From: an uncultured delta proteobacterium
GTDB lineage: Bacteria > Desulfobacterota > Desulfuromonadia > Geobacterales > DSM-12255
DNA: 17,416 bases
Direction: 5' to 3'
Assembly: GCA_963787125.1 (NCBI GenBank)
Contig: CAWBBV010000028.1
Coordinates: 1 to 17,416, forward strand
Shown here: positions 8,922 through 16,569 of the stretch, piece after piece
Layout: every line of letters begins with the position of its first letter
Position numbering within the stretch: the stretch's first letter is position 1
Notes under the pieces: generated by a model
Told to the model about the DNA's origin: nothing
The model's database searches: none
What the model saw: the letters and a program-made list of their open reading frames with translations, nothing else
Made by a program: the position numbers and the translations under genes

Positions 8922-9627
8922 TTTCATCGACTATCATATCTGCTGCTCCTGCCGGATCGGCGGCTGCACTGATCGGTCTGCCGATAACCAGATAGTCGGC
9001 CCCCTGCGCTACCGCAGCAGCCGGTGTCATGATCCTTTTCTGGTCGTCAACAGAAGCAAAAACCGGCCGGACACCCGGAGTGACTATGAGAAAATCAGGA
9101 CCGCACGCTTCCCGTATCAGGCTGACCTCCTGTGGCGAAGCTACCACACCGTCCACGCCGGCGCTTTTGGCGAGCCTTGCCAGGCGGACAACCATATCCG
9201 GAACAGAGTGCTCGATGCCGATGCCGCGCAGCGTCTCTTCGGTTGAGGAGGTGAGGATAGTCACAGCCAGTACCTTGGTCGCTCACCCCCCTTGAACTCC
9301 TTGTCAAGCGCATCCATGGTGGCAGCCATCATCTCGTAACCGCCAAGGGCGTGAAGATTGGTGAGCTTTACCCCGAGGCGCGCAGCTGCTACGGTCGCCA
9401 TGGCAACAGTATTGGGTATGTCGTGATATTTCAGATCAAGAAACACCTCACCGCCATGCTTCTGAATCGTTCGAACCGCTGCCGGGCCGGAATGAGGTAA
9501 AGAGCTGTTTGCCGATCTTGAACATGCCGACTTTTGCGGCGAGTAGATCAGACCACTTTTCAACGTCGCTAAGCTCATTTACATCCAGAGCAAAGATAAT
9601 TTTCTCTCTGGCATCATCTCTGGTCAT
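8905..9627 (-). pseudogene. pyrF: Orotidine-5'-phosphate decarboxylase interrupted by two compensating indels (pseudogene or sequencing error)
   Basis: ATG 9627 overlaps the proS TGA and reads [16 protein letters not shown]...[10 protein letters not shown], then stops at TGA 9450-9448. The middle part (GPAAVR...[14 protein letters not shown]...NLHALGG...ERP) is in a shifted frame. The C-terminus (VLAVTILTS...DGVVAS...VTPGVRP...DDQKR...GADYLVIGRPI) is back in the start frame. Total span 723 nt, or 240 aa if repaired. Confidence 0.9.
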
Positions 9628-11339
9628 AGTTCAAGGGCCTCTTTTACAATGCTGTTTACTTTGCTGACAGCCTCATCTAAGGAAAGTAGTTCCATCTCGC
9701 CGCTGCGCCTGAGCTTAAGCTCAACTTTGCCTTCGACAAGATTCTTAGCGCCGACTACAAGCCGCAGCGGTATACCGATCAGGTCGGCATCCTTGAACTT
9801 GACGCCGGGCCGCTCGTCACGGTCGTCATAAAGCACCTCAACGCCAAGAGCCAGCAGTTTCGCATAGATATCTTCCGACGCCTGGCGCACCGCATCATCC
9901 TTGGGGTTAAGGGCAGAAACAATACATTGGAAAGGGGCGATGGGGAGCGGGAAGATAATCCCGTTAGCATCGTGATTCTGCTCGATGCAGGAAGCAACCG
10001 TCCGGCCGATGCCGATACCGTAGCACCCCATGAAAACAATCTGTTCCTTGCCATCCTGATCAAGGAAACTGGCATTAAGAGCCTTGGAGTATTTCATCCC
10101 GAGCTTAAAAACATGACCGACCTCAATGCCGCGCCACATTTCAAGAACGCCAACGGAGCAGCGTGGACAGGGGTCACCATGGGTAACATTGCGGATATCG
10201 GCAAATTCGCTGATGGCAAAGTCCCGACCGTGATTAACGTTTTTCAGATGATAGTCAATCTCGTTGGCGCCAACGACAAAATTCCTCATCCCCTTGACTG
10301 TCGTATCGGCGATGATCAGGAGCTTCTGCCCGATCGGGCCGAGGAAACCGACCGGGGCATTAGTTGCGCCGGCAATAATTTCATCACTTGCCATCTCGAT
10401 TTCATCACATCCGATAACCTTCTTCAGCTTGATCTCGTTAAGGTCATGATCACCGCGAAGAAGCACGGCCACAGGCTTTTTATCAGCCACGACAAGCAGC
10501 ATCTTGACTGTCGTTGAAGCCGGAATCAGGAGGAATTCACTCACCTCCTGAATACTCTTCTTCGCCGGGGTATGAACCTTCTCCAGCGGCCTTGGGTCAA
10601 AGTGCTCTTCCGCCTCGATAAGCCGCGACTCGGCTTTTTCCACATTAGCCGCATAATCGCAGGCGTTGCAGGAGACAATCGCATCTTCACCCGAATCTGC
10701 CAACACCATGAACTCGTGGGACCAGTTGCCGCCGATGGAGCCGGTATCAGCCTCAACAGCCCGGAATTTCAGACCGCAGCGCTCGAAAATACGGCGATAG
10801 GCCTGATACATCTTTTCATAGGAGGCGTCAGCGCCCTTCTCATCAACATCAAAGGAGTAGGCATCCTTCATGATGAACTCACGACCGCGCATCAGGCCGA
10901 AACGGGGGCGAATTTCATCACGGAACTTGGTCTGAATCTGGTAGAGATTAAGCGGCATCTGCTTGTAGCTGCGGATTTCACGGCGAACGATATCGGTCAC
11001 CACCTCTTCGTGGGTCGGTCCGAGACAAAAACCGTTGTCTTTACGGTCTGTTATCCGCAACAGTTCCTTGCCGTACTGATCCCAGCGCCCTGATTCTTCC
11101 CAGAGTTCTGCCGGAGTCACCATCGGCATGAGGATCTCAATCGCCCCGGCCCGGTTCATCTCCTCGCGAACGATATTCTCGACCTTGCGAATAGAGCGCA
11201 GGCCCAGTGGAAGGTAGCTGTAAATACCGGCGGCGACCTTACGCACCATTCCGGCTCGAAGCATTAACTGGTGAGAAACTACCTCCGCATCAGCAGGAGT
11301 CTCTTTAACTGTTGGTATAAAGTATTGACTGTAACGCAT
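9624..11339 (-). CDS. proS: Prolyl-tRNA synthetase (bacterial type with INS editing domain)
   Basis: 571 aa. [16 protein letters not shown], motif 2 [22 protein letters not shown] editing insert, [34 protein letters not shown] Shine-Dalgarno. Confidence 0.98.
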   Translation of the reverse strand: MRYSQYFIPTVKETPADAEVVSHQLMLRAGMVRKVAAGIYSYLPLGLRSIRKVENIVREEMNRAGAIEILMPMVTPAELWEESGRWDQYGKELLRITDRKDNGFCLGPTHEEVVTDIVRREIRSYKQMPLNLYQIQTKFRDEIRPRFGLMRGREFIMKDAYSFDVDEKGADASYEKMYQAYRRIFERCGLKFRAVEADTGSIGGNWSHEFMVLADSGEDAIVSCNACDYAANVEKAESRLIEAEEHFDPRPLEKVHTPAKKSIQEVSEFLLIPASTTVKMLLVVADKKPVAVLLRGDHDLNEIKLKKVIGCDEIEMASDEIIAGATNAPVGFLGPIGQKLLIIADTTVKGMRNFVVGANEIDYHLKNVNHGRDFAISEFADIRNVTHGDPCPRCSVGVLEMWRGIEVGHVFKLGMKYSKALNASFLDQDGKEQIVFMGCYGIGIGRTVASCIEQNHDANGIIFPLPIAPFQCIVSALNPKDDAVRQASEDIYAKLLALGVEVLYDDRDERPGVKFKDADLIGIPLRLVVGAKNLVEGKVELKLRRSGEMELLSLDEAVSKVNSIVKEALEL

Positions 11340-11357
11340 TGATCTACCTCTATATAT

Positions 11358-12419
11358 TTATTGAAGCTGCGACGCAGCTTTTATAACCTCGGCAACAAGA
11401 GCATCGGCCAGTTCGTTCTCCGGAACCTTGCGGATTATCTCTCCATTGCGAAAAAGCAGCCCTTCCCCCTTGCCGCCGGCAATACCGAAATCTGCCTCGC
11501 GCGCCTCGCCCGGGCCGTTAACCACACACCCCATAACCGCAACAGTGAAGGGGGCATCAACCCCTTGCAGGCGCTGTTCAACCTCTTCCGCCACCTGTAT
11601 CAGGTTTATCTGACATCTGCCGCAGGTCGGGCAGGAGACGAAATTGACGCCGCGCTGGCGCAGAGCGAGTGACTTGAGAATTTCATAACCGACTTTCACC
11701 TCATCAACAGGATCGCCGGTAAGGGAGACCCGCAGAGTATCACCGATGCCGTCAGCAAGGAGAATCCCCAGGCCGACAGCCGACTTGACAGTTCCTGAAA
11801 AGGTCGTGCCGGCCTCGGTGATGCCGATATGGAGCGGATAATCGACTTTTGCAGACAGGAGCCGGTAGGCGGTAACTGTCTTATTGACATCAGAAGCCTT
11901 GAGAGAAATCTTCACCTGCCCGTAGCCAATCTCTTCCAGAATCCGGACATGCCCAAGTGCGGATTCGACCATGGCTTCTGCAGTCGGATGACCGTACTTC
12001 TCCAGCAGCTCTTTTTCGAGGGAACCGGCATTTACGCCGATCCGTATCGGCACCAGCCGCTCCTGCGCCGCCTTGACGGTCTCTTCCACCTTCCAACGCT
12101 CGCCGATATTGCCCGGATTAAGCCGCAGCCCGTCAATCCCGAGTTCCAGAACTTTCAGCGCCAGTTTATAATCGAAATGAATATCAGCAACAAGCGGAAG
12201 ATCGCTTTGCGCCCGGATCCGCCCGAGCGCCAGCGCCGCGTCCATATCCGGGACAGCACAGCGGACTATTTCACAGCCGGCAGCAGCAAGGCGTCCAATC
12301 TGGGCAAGGGTTGCCGCCTCATCGCGGGTATCGGTGGAACACATTGACTGGACGGAGCAGGGAGCACCGCCGCCGATGAGGATATTGCCGATCTTTATCT
12401 GCCTGGTTACTTTTTTCAT
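11358..12419 (-). CDS. ispG: (E)-4-hydroxy-3-methylbut-2-enyl-diphosphate synthase
   Basis: 353 aa. VQSM, ADIHFD, RLNPGNIG, RIGVNAGSL, HIGITEAG, and Fe-S ligands SCPTCGR and MGCVVNGPGE. Confidence 0.98.
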   Translation of the reverse strand: MKKVTRQIKIGNILIGGGAPCSVQSMCSTDTRDEAATLAQIGRLAAAGCEIVRCAVPDMDAALALGRIRAQSDLPLVADIHFDYKLALKVLELGIDGLRLNPGNIGERWKVEETVKAAQERLVPIRIGVNAGSLEKELLEKYGHPTAEAMVESALGHVRILEEIGYGQVKISLKASDVNKTVTAYRLLSAKVDYPLHIGITEAGTTFSGTVKSAVGLGILLADGIGDTLRVSLTGDPVDEVKVGYEILKSLALRQRGVNFVSCPTCGRCQINLIQVAEEVEQRLQGVDAPFTVAVMGCVVNGPGEAREADFGIAGGKGEGLLFRNGEIIRKVPENELADALVAEVIKAASQLQ

Positions 12420-12427
12420 GGAGGGGC

Positions 12428-12457
12428 ATAGTAGCCGTTTTCATAACGGCAAGTCAA
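12428..12457 (-). promoter_or_regulatory. Putative sigma70 promoter of the ispG-proS-pyrF-rlmB operon
   Basis: TTGACT (12457-12452), 18-nt spacer, TACTAT (12433-12428). The -10 box ends 8 nt before the ispG ATG. Confidence 0.65.
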
Positions 12458-12511
12458 GGGAGGAAGGGATAAAATGCGCCTTTTGAGATGGATGGCAGCA
12501 GGGGGAGATGC

Positions 12512-13372
12512 TTACTTGCCGGCAGTAATCATCTCCTGACTCGCTTCGGCAAATTCGGCGATTACCGGAGTATTACCCTTATTGACAAACTTGATTCCCC
12601 TGGTTCCCATACTCAACTGCTCAGCTTTGGCCTGGACCGCGTAAACCCCGCCTTCAGCGCTCAGCTTGACCTCACCCATAGGGGCAGAGCTGGCATACAG
12701 GGTGATACGTTCTGTCCCGAACGGTGGCGCCACCTCAAGATCGAATTTATCTTCTCCTGAAGGGACCTCATAGATCGTCCCGCCGTTAAAGTAGCTGTTC
12801 TGGCGGTACGGATTCGGCAGTATCTGGATCAAGCCACCGGAAGCATCCTGGTAAACGACCCGACCGTAAAAAGGGCGATTCCCCCGCACAAAAACCCGAA
12901 TCTTCTCCCCCTGAGCATACTTTGCCTTATCGCTCCAGACTTTGACAGAGAGCGGCGCTGCCGGGTTGTCAAAAATTTCGTCGGTTTTCTTTTTCGCCGC
13001 CTTCTTCATTGCCTGCTCATCAGGAATGACCTCAACCTTCAGCTTTACCCGGTAGCAATCGCCAAGAGACCCCTCGCTGTACCACTCCTTGAGGAACTCC
13101 TGTATCACTTTAACCTGGGAATTAGTGTAAGCAGAAAGAATGTCCTTTTCCAGCATGGCATCCTGCAGATGGGTTTCAGCCTGGATATAGGTAGAGGCAG
13201 AATCGGAAGCCTTGCGCTTGGCATCCTTAAAAGCGATATCCTCGGTCTGCTTGCGGGACTTATCGTCCCCCATGCAGGCGTAGCCGTCGGTGTCGAGGAT
13301 GATTGACTGGGAGGCAAGGAGAGGGGTGGTCGAAAAAGCAATTAGAAGAATCAAAATAGATATACGTTGCAT
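12512..13372 (-). CDS. Exported protein with N-terminal LPP20/FlgT_N-like domain and C-terminal DUF4384-like domain
   Basis: ATG 13372 lies 8 nt after GAGAGGG and is preferred over TTG 13378. Signal peptide ending LLA-S. The C-terminal pattern VKVWSDKAKYAQGEKIRVFV...QILPN...LEVAPPFGTERITLYAS resembles DUF4384. Confidence 0.75.
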   Translation of the reverse strand: MQRISILILLIAFSTTPLLASQSIILDTDGYACMGDDKSRKQTEDIAFKDAKRKASDSASTYIQAETHLQDAMLEKDILSAYTNSQVKVIQEFLKEWYSEGSLGDCYRVKLKVEVIPDEQAMKKAAKKKTDEIFDNPAAPLSVKVWSDKAKYAQGEKIRVFVRGNRPFYGRVVYQDASGGLIQILPNPYRQNSYFNGGTIYEVPSGEDKFDLEVAPPFGTERITLYASSAPMGEVKLSAEGGVYAVQAKAEQLSMGTRGIKFVNKGNTPVIAEFAEASQEMITAGK

Positions 13373-13407
13373 GCACAAAACCCTCTCGAATAAGTCATTA
13401 ATATTAA

Positions 13408-15192
13408 TTATTCAACCTTCGCCGTCTTCACCCTGCCGCTAACCTTGAAAACAAAATCGTAATTGAGAATATCTTCCCACTTGTACCCCTTGGCGGTTGA
13501 ACGGGTGTCATCCCCCCTGCTGTAAGGCTTGCCGGGAATGTAGAACCAGGTGAGGATGGCATCACCGGAGTGCCGCAGCACTATCCAGTACTTGCCTTTC
13601 TTTATATGAGGGATTGTTGCCGCGTCGGCGTATTTGAAGTCAACCCAGTAGTAGCCCGGTCTTCTGGAAATGGAGTCGATAAAAACCGGTTGCGACCTGA
13701 TTCCGTCCAGGCTTGGTTTACCATTGTCATCCGCGACAAAATCGAGGAAAACTGAGCCGTCACCCCCAAACTTGTGCATTGCCAATGATATTTTTTCGAG
13801 TGAGATATCGTTTTCGACTACAATAGCCTGGGAGTAGATATAGGAAGAGGTGACATATTCCGAGGTCTCTTTGTCAAGAACCCTCGTACCGACCATACCG
13901 GTAGCCCTGAAATTATCGACAAGGTTAGGAAACTCCATGTTGCCGAACTCTACCAGACTGCCGATTTCAGGCTTTTTAACCGGTGGTTTAGGCTTTGGCG
14001 GGGTTGGCTTTTTGTCAGGCTTGACAGCGTGCTTGTCAGGAACAGCCGGTTTTTTACTGTCGGGGGCTGTTGATACCGGAGGCGTTACCACCAGCGGCGG
14101 CGTCACAAGCGGGATGACAGGCATTGGTAGCGGTCTGTCGCGCTCACTCTCCTCCCCCTTGGCAAGTTTTACTGAATTACTGACAAGATAGGGCCTGGGA
14201 TCACTGTCGGAGCCTTTGAGCCTTACATCTATCCGGTCACTGATGAATTTTGCATCAATACTCTCGGAATACTGAGGCAGATAAGGAGCGGCGCTCCAAG
14301 TGTCGTTGATATCTGTTGAATCAAGACCGTGAGTCTGCTTGATGTGCCGTGAGGAGGTAAACTGCCTTGACTGCTGCGGGTCGTAGGAGAGCCAGCCCAG
14401 GTCAGGGAAATAAACCTCCATCCAGGCGTGCCCGCCCTGTCCCATCCCCTGAACAACGGAATTTTCAGCGTCGATTGGCACCTTCCACTGTTCTTTGAGA
14501 CTGATTCCGCCAACAATCCGAGCAGGGATCCCGGCCGCACGTAGTAGCGCCATTGATATGTGGGCAAAGTTCTGGCAGTTACCGGATCTGTTGGCAAGGG
14601 TGTAGTGAGCATCATACTTTTCCGGGTTATAAGAATATTTAATGTTATCAGCTACAAAATTCAGGATTGAGCTTACCGCCTGGTATTCTGTCACTGCACC
14701 ATGTGTAAGAGTCTTGGATAGTTGAGTTAAATCGCTGTCCTGCGATTGGACCATCTCTGTAGGTTTGAGAAAGAGAACCTCTTTTTGAGAGAGAGTACCC
14801 AGAGGGAATGGCGTCTTGCTGGTCATGGCTGAGAGTCCGGATTGCACCCTCGTCTCAAATTCAACCTTGATTGAAGCATCACGCTTTAACCTGTTCCAGA
14901 CTACCCTCTTAAAGCTGTTACCATAGCTGTCAGTTTCATCCTCCACTTTTGCAGGTTCCGGATCCAGTTTCAGCGAAAAAGAGTTCACCTCTTGAGTCAC
15001 GCCACGATTGGAGAATTTAGCAGGCAGGGCAAAACGGAAAGAGAGAGAGTCGATCTGCTTATCGACTGCAAAGCCGATCTGCTGGGTAAGCAGGATCGTA
15101 CTGTCAAGTTCACCCTCAAGTATAAGGGTTTTAGCAAGGATCTCGGTTGAAAAAAGAAAATTCAATGCTACAATCAGAAACAGTTTTTTCAT
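13408..15192 (-). CDS. Exported transglutaminase-like (Cys-His-Asp) protein with Pro/Lys-rich linker and unassigned C-terminal domain
   Basis: 594 aa. GAGGTG Shine-Dalgarno, signal peptide ending ILA-K, and triad motifs GNCQNFAH (C206), LLRAAGIPARIVGG, GHAWMEVY (H255), GWLSYDP (D271). Confidence 0.88.
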   Translation of the reverse strand: MKKLFLIVALNFLFSTEILAKTLILEGELDSTILLTQQIGFAVDKQIDSLSFRFALPAKFSNRGVTQEVNSFSLKLDPEPAKVEDETDSYGNSFKRVVWNRLKRDASIKVEFETRVQSGLSAMTSKTPFPLGTLSQKEVLFLKPTEMVQSQDSDLTQLSKTLTHGAVTEYQAVSSILNFVADNIKYSYNPEKYDAHYTLANRSGNCQNFAHISMALLRAAGIPARIVGGISLKEQWKVPIDAENSVVQGMGQGGHAWMEVYFPDLGWLSYDPQQSRQFTSSRHIKQTHGLDSTDINDTWSAAPYLPQYSESIDAKFISDRIDVRLKGSDSDPRPYLVSNSVKLAKGEESERDRPLPMPVIPLVTPPLVVTPPVSTAPDSKKPAVPDKHAVKPDKKPTPPKPKPPVKKPEIGSLVEFGNMEFPNLVDNFRATGMVGTRVLDKETSEYVTSSYIYSQAIVVENDISLEKISLAMHKFGGDGSVFLDFVADDNGKPSLDGIRSQPVFIDSISRRPGYYWVDFKYADAATIPHIKKGKYWIVLRHSGDAILTWFYIPGKPYSRGDDTRSTAKGYKWEDILNYDFVFKVSGRVKTAKVE

Positions 15193-15380
15193 TGGACACC
15201 TCAGCGTACAGACTTAAATAGAGAGTAGTCAGTTACCAGCACAACCCGGAAAATAATCGCATAAAAATAGAATCATTGTTTATTTTAATCGCGAGAAATG
15301 GTAATTAAATACAAAAAATTAACAGGCAGCAATATAATCGCCTTAACAATCATATTCAACTGATTAATCAGGAGCTCCGG

Positions 15381-16526
15381 ATGAAAAAGCAGCTATTACT
15401 CCTCTTCGTTATCATTATTCTCTCCTTACCGGTGGTAACAGAGGCAAAAGTTACCTGTGTCGATGCCGAAGGTGAAGCCCTCATTACAAACAATGATAAA
15501 CCCGCCGCAAAAATTGAAGCAATTGCCAGAGCAAAATGGTCGGCAATTGAGCAGTCTGTCGGGGTGGAGGTAAAGGCGCAGAGTGTCGTCCAGAACTTTG
15601 CTCTGGTTGATGATGCTGTTATGAAACAGATCAAGGGGGTTGTTACCGGCCACAAGATTCTTTCCGAAGAAGCCGGCGACGGCCTATACAAAGTCAAGAT
15701 CAATGCCTGTATCGAGCCGGCTAATGCCGGTGAAGCACTTGCGTCTCTCTCCCTGAATAACTCGGTTGCCGTCTTTCTCCCTGCATCAAAACCCCGCGAA
15801 GTTACCCACCTCGAAAACAGGGATGTTCATGATGAAGCCAATATCCTCTCGGAAACCGTTATAGGCAAGCTGGCAGAGCAGGGGTACACTGTGGTCGACG
15901 TCGCCCCGACAGGTGCAGCTGACGCTGCAGTTATCGACAAAGCCATGAAGAGCGGCAACTACATGACTCTCCGGAGCATGATGTACAAGTTTCTTTCCAA
16001 CCTGCTTCTTATCGGCAAAGCCGAGTATACAATCTCAACCAAGAAAGGTGAAGACATCGGTTATGGCGTAAAGATGCCGTTCCAGAATGTAACTGTCCGT
16101 CTCACCTACCGGCTTGTGACCAAAGAGCCTTCAGGGAAAATGATCATTCTTGCGGCCGGAACCGAAGAGGCAAGAGCTCTGGCAAATAATGCCGAGGACG
16201 CTACGGCCAAAGGGCTGAAAATGGTTGCCGATAAACTCACACCGCAAGTGCTTGAAAAAATATCCAAATATATCAAAGGTGTTTCACGCAAAATCAATGT
16301 GAAGGTCGCCGGTGTTGAAGATGTTACTGCCAACTTTGCCATCAAAGACATTCTCCAGAATACTTCCTGGGTAACCGGTGTTGAAGAGAAGGGGTTGGGT
16401 GATTTTATCGTCAGTTATCCGGAAAACTCAATCTACCTTGCCAACAGTATCGAGCAAAGAGGAGGCTTTAAAGTAACGAAATTTACTCAGTACCAGATAG
16501 AACTTAAAAGCCTTCAACAGCAGTAG
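15381..16526 (+). CDS. Exported FlgT N-terminal-like (LPP20-fold) domain protein
   Basis: 381 aa. AGGAG Shine-Dalgarno and signal peptide ending TEA-K. The N-domain VDAEGEA...AIARAKWSAIEQSVGVEV...YKVKINACI resembles FlgT_N. A middle alpha/beta domain (LAEQGYTVVD...LLLIGKA...VRLTYRLV) resembles the TolB_N/CsgG fold. Confidence 0.72.
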   Translation: MKKQLLLLFVIIILSLPVVTEAKVTCVDAEGEALITNNDKPAAKIEAIARAKWSAIEQSVGVEVKAQSVVQNFALVDDAVMKQIKGVVTGHKILSEEAGDGLYKVKINACIEPANAGEALASLSLNNSVAVFLPASKPREVTHLENRDVHDEANILSETVIGKLAEQGYTVVDVAPTGAADAAVIDKAMKSGNYMTLRSMMYKFLSNLLLIGKAEYTISTKKGEDIGYGVKMPFQNVTVRLTYRLVTKEPSGKMIILAAGTEEARALANNAEDATAKGLKMVADKLTPQVLEKISKYIKGVSRKINVKVAGVEDVTANFAIKDILQNTSWVTGVEEKGLGDFIVSYPENSIYLANSIEQRGGFKVTKFTQYQIELKSLQQQ

Positions 16527-16569
16527 TTTATTAATTTATATTTAATCAATTTTTTTTACGGGGGACCTT

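Noticed and set aside
9261..9578. Programmed frameshifting, selenocysteine readthrough or a genuinely split two-gene pyrF
   Set aside because: No slippery heptamer at either shift. Two opposite shifts would be needed, and readthrough of the TGA would still leave the catalytic motif out of frame.
9927..12347. Long plus-strand ORFs (196, 173 and 172 aa) opposite proS and ispG, and similar short ORFs elsewhere
   Set aside because: Typical antisense or alternate-frame shadows of conserved genes with no independent support.
13397..13408. Palindrome ATTAATATTAAT between the transglutaminase-like and DUF4384 genes
   Set aside because: A/T-only and low in complexity, so likely chance. It has no GC stem to act as a terminator.
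16527..16569. T8 and G5 runs before the lipoprotein start as a phase-variation tract or terminator
   Set aside because: The runs are short and intergenic with no preceding hairpin. They are better explained as a U-rich leader plus a Shine-Dalgarno-like site.
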